A DNA stretch of 64,000 nt, from assembly GCA_009103225.1 (NCBI GenBank), contig RHPI01002533.1, forward strand, positions 709,368-773,367. The letters run 5' to 3'. Origin of the DNA: Chlorokybus atmophyticus (taxonomy: Eukaryota; Plantae; Mesostigma and Chlorokybus algae). The notes under the pieces are model-generated. The model was given only the letters and a program-made list of their open reading frames with translations, was not told the DNA's origin and did no database searches. Positions 61,269 through 64,000 of the stretch are shown in pieces. The position numbers were made by a program, and so were the translations under genes. Numbering within the stretch: position 1 is the stretch's first letter; the number at the start of each line of letters is the position of its first letter.

Positions 61269-62536
61269 CTAACCAGTGGTATACAGAAAAGCACACAGCG
61301 TCCTACCTGAAGTTGAACACTACATACAAATGTACTCGAAAGCCATACCCAACGCCAACGAGTAACCAAGCAACAAACGCCAGCAAGTCACTCACAGCTT
61401 TGTCTGAACCCAACCTCACGCCAGTAATCCGCGTAACCGCTTTTTACCACAACCCATCATGCCAGTGCATACGCAGCAAGCACAGCCAAAGCCGAGGTTG
61501 CGGTGACCCAGGCGGCCACGAGCGCGTCTTTCCTCCTGCACCTGGCCTCGTCCTGCAAGCTCAGCGCGTGCTCGTACTCCAGAGAACTCTCCAAGTGCTC
61601 AATCTCGTCTAGCAGCATCTGTGTCTTGTCCGATGTGGCCTGTGCGTGGGTTATCAGACACATGCGACTGAAGCGTACTTGTGGTTGCTTGAGAGAGAGT
61701 ACAAGCATTGTCACAGGCAACACATGGTGCGAGAGACAGCGTGTCATGACTTCTCGTTGACTGCTTTTAAAGGCTTACACTGTGAGATATTCACCTGCGT
61801 AATGGAAGCCACCCCATGTTCAGAACTCGACAGCTCGTTGGCAGAACCACCGCGCTGACCTGCAGCGTGCGTACACATGCATTGACACAACAGTTGACAG
61901 CTGTTATCGCTTACTGCCATGCGCCCTCAAGCAGTTCAGTGACGCCCCAGGTAAGTCGCTGTTCAACTTTGACACAAGCACACACAAGATGAAACACAAC
62001 ATGCCAGCAGCTTGACTAGCAACTGCCCGTCGGCTGCTTGAGAACCTGGTGTATGCAGAACACAACATTCACCCGCATGCCTCTTGTGTGTGTCACATTG
62101 AGCCTGTATGTCCGACACGCAGCCCACACTGGCACACGGCGGTAATAAGCAAACAGGATGTGGTTGTGTGACTCGCTTAGTCCACGAGCAACATGCAGGT
62201 GTACATGCATTGGCCTGACACTCCGTCAAGCTGCAAATCCAACGGAGCTTGCAACATTCAAAGCTGCACACTGTCCGTGTGATGCGGCCGCCTGCTGCTA
62301 ACCAAAGCCAGCCAGTGGACCGCACAAAGCACTGCTGCATGCAAGTGACACTGCTGTGCAGCCAACTGTGTACTTGAGATGCATGCACGACACATGCAAA
62401 GCTCAGACTTACTGCTTGCAGCCTGCTGCTCGATCTCGGTGAACTTGATGAGCAGCCTCAGCGACTGGTTGCACTTGGTCAGCTCCTGTATACGCCTCAG
62501 GGCGGCCTGGTGCTCCTCCACAGACACCCCCGCCAT
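61269..62536 (-). CDS. Uncharacterised coiled-coil protein with a C-terminal hydrophobic anchor (internal exons and 3' end uncertain)
   Basis: First exon MAGVSVEEHQAALRRIQELTKCNQSLRLLIKF; later exon ATSDKTQMLLDEIEHLESSLEYE..LVAAWVTATSALAVLAA. It ends either AYALA* (61457) or, after one more intron, ATLCAFLYTTG* (61269). Confidence 0.5.
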
Positions 62537-62796
62537 CCACACGCACAGGCATGTGCAATCAAGTCACCACCAATCAGCCGTCCACAACATCCACACAAAC
62601 ACCGACCACAACAGCCAAATCAACACCATTGACACCCAGAACTCCAACAACATGGCTGCTCTCAAAAATGAGCTAAGCTACGCTTTGTGCATTTTGGCAC
62701 TGAAAAGCTCAGCTAAGCTTAGCTCAGCTTTTATGTAAGCTCTCTGCTGTTAGCATAATTCAGCTCAGCGGCGGTGGCGGTGCCGGCGGCGGAGGC

Positions 62797-64000
62797 ATGG
62801 GTCTGGCGGTTGTGGGCGAGCGAGCTGCGGACGGCTCGCTGCTGGCCCACGACGGTGAGGAGGTGAGTGAGCAGGGAGAGATGGGTACTTTGCACGGGCT
62901 AGCTGCTTGCATGCTGCATAGCGAGAAGAGGCGGCGGTTGTGGTTGTGTCATTTGACTCTGATCTGTGACACTGGCAATGGCCAGCGTTTGCATATAAAC
63001 AATGCATTGCGAATGCGTCTTGACTGAATGTCAAGCGCAACTCTCACGAGAGAATGTAAGTTTAGTGGTTGTTGCCTAGTCCAACGCGACGGCATTTGCT
63101 CTGTGTTTTACGAAAGTCTGTGCTATTGGTTGACTTTGGAAGGAACAATGCGTCGGTGCATTTACACATATTAACATCCAGGAGACTAGTTGCGCAGCAC
63201 ATGCTTAATGCGCGTTCATGTGGCCTGCAGGTAAGGTTGACGCAGGCGCGCACAACTCTTGTTCTGGGTGACGCCGCTCCATCAGGCTATCTCCACCCCG
63301 GCACGCTCTACATAACCACAAAGTGCGCGTGCAGTTTATCAAATGTTACTCTTTGTATACATATATATCTGAATGCAAGTTATGCAATATGTAACACCTT
63401 TGCATTGACTGAACCTCGATTGTTGTTTGTTTCATGCTGTACAGGCGGCTTGCATGGCTGAGTGACGCCAGCTTGCAAACAGGGTATGCGGTAGACTTGC
63501 GTTTCCTGACAGTTCACGCTGTATCCCGAGACTTGGAGTCTTTTCCGCAGCCATGCATATACGCACAGGTCGTAGTCACCTACCAAGTGATATCCTTACC
63601 GTCACATGTCTAATTGTTGCAAATGTTCAGTCCCATGTTGATCTGCTCTCATGACAGATATACAGCGAAGATGATGAAGATGGCGACATGCATGAGTCGG
63701 ACGAGGAGGAGGTGGATGATGACAGGCAAGGCGCTGCTGCACAGCCACCAGCTGGTGCCAATGGTGTCATGGGCAATGTCACTGGCGTTGCTGAGATCAG
63801 ATTTATACCAGAAGACCCCTCCTTGTGTAAGCAACAAGTGCTGTTTTTCATGCATTGTCAGGTTAACAAACAGCACTGCATTGCTGGAGCTATACTTTCA
63901 ATGGCTCTGAGATCCGAGATTGAACAACTGATGAGACACATGTTGTCTTGTTGTTGGCACGTCATGTGCTCGTGTCGAACTGTCTCGAGCTGCTTGCTAA
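62797..64000 (+). CDS. CLNS1A: Chloride conductance regulatory protein ICln / methylosome subunit pICln (5' part; runs off the window)
   Basis: GTLYITTK, RLAWLSD..GYAVDL..TVHAVSRDLESFPQPCIYAQV, acidic DDEDGDMHESDEEEVDDD, then EIRFIPEDPS. Confidence 0.88.

Overview
This is intron-rich eukaryotic nuclear DNA in the standard genetic code (TAG ends several genes). The genes point to a flagellated green-lineage alga, probably an early-diverging streptophyte (inference from HIT4, a plant-type MED17, a plant-type U2AF65 paralogue and plastid-type hydrolases together with epsilon-tubulin and RIB43A). I reconstructed 13 host genes by manual splicing: RIB43A, NSUN2/TRM4, SmF (absent from the ORF track), epsilon-tubulin, an unknown coiled-coil protein, MED17, an ankyrin-BTB protein, an alpha/beta-hydrolase, a U2AF65-like protein, a Cof-type HAD hydrolase, HIT4, golgin-84 and a tail-anchored coiled-coil protein. 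The 5' part of ICln follows at the window end. Most genes sit in compact head-to-head pairs. The main accessory feature is a complete 9,027-bp DNA transposon (12236-21262) with CA..TG ends, bipartite TIRs and a TTTA target duplication. Its 8-exon gene of about 2,070 aa carries an Academ-type DDE transposase, an XPG/FEN1-like nuclease and a Cys-rich CXC finger (AcademX architecture). This is fused to an unexpected N-terminal bHLH/bZIP-like domain and a long coiled coil. The element also carries a second, convergent, spliced orphan gene. This copy has one in-frame TGA and one -1 frameshift. All family assignments come from motif recognition and memory; no searches were run.
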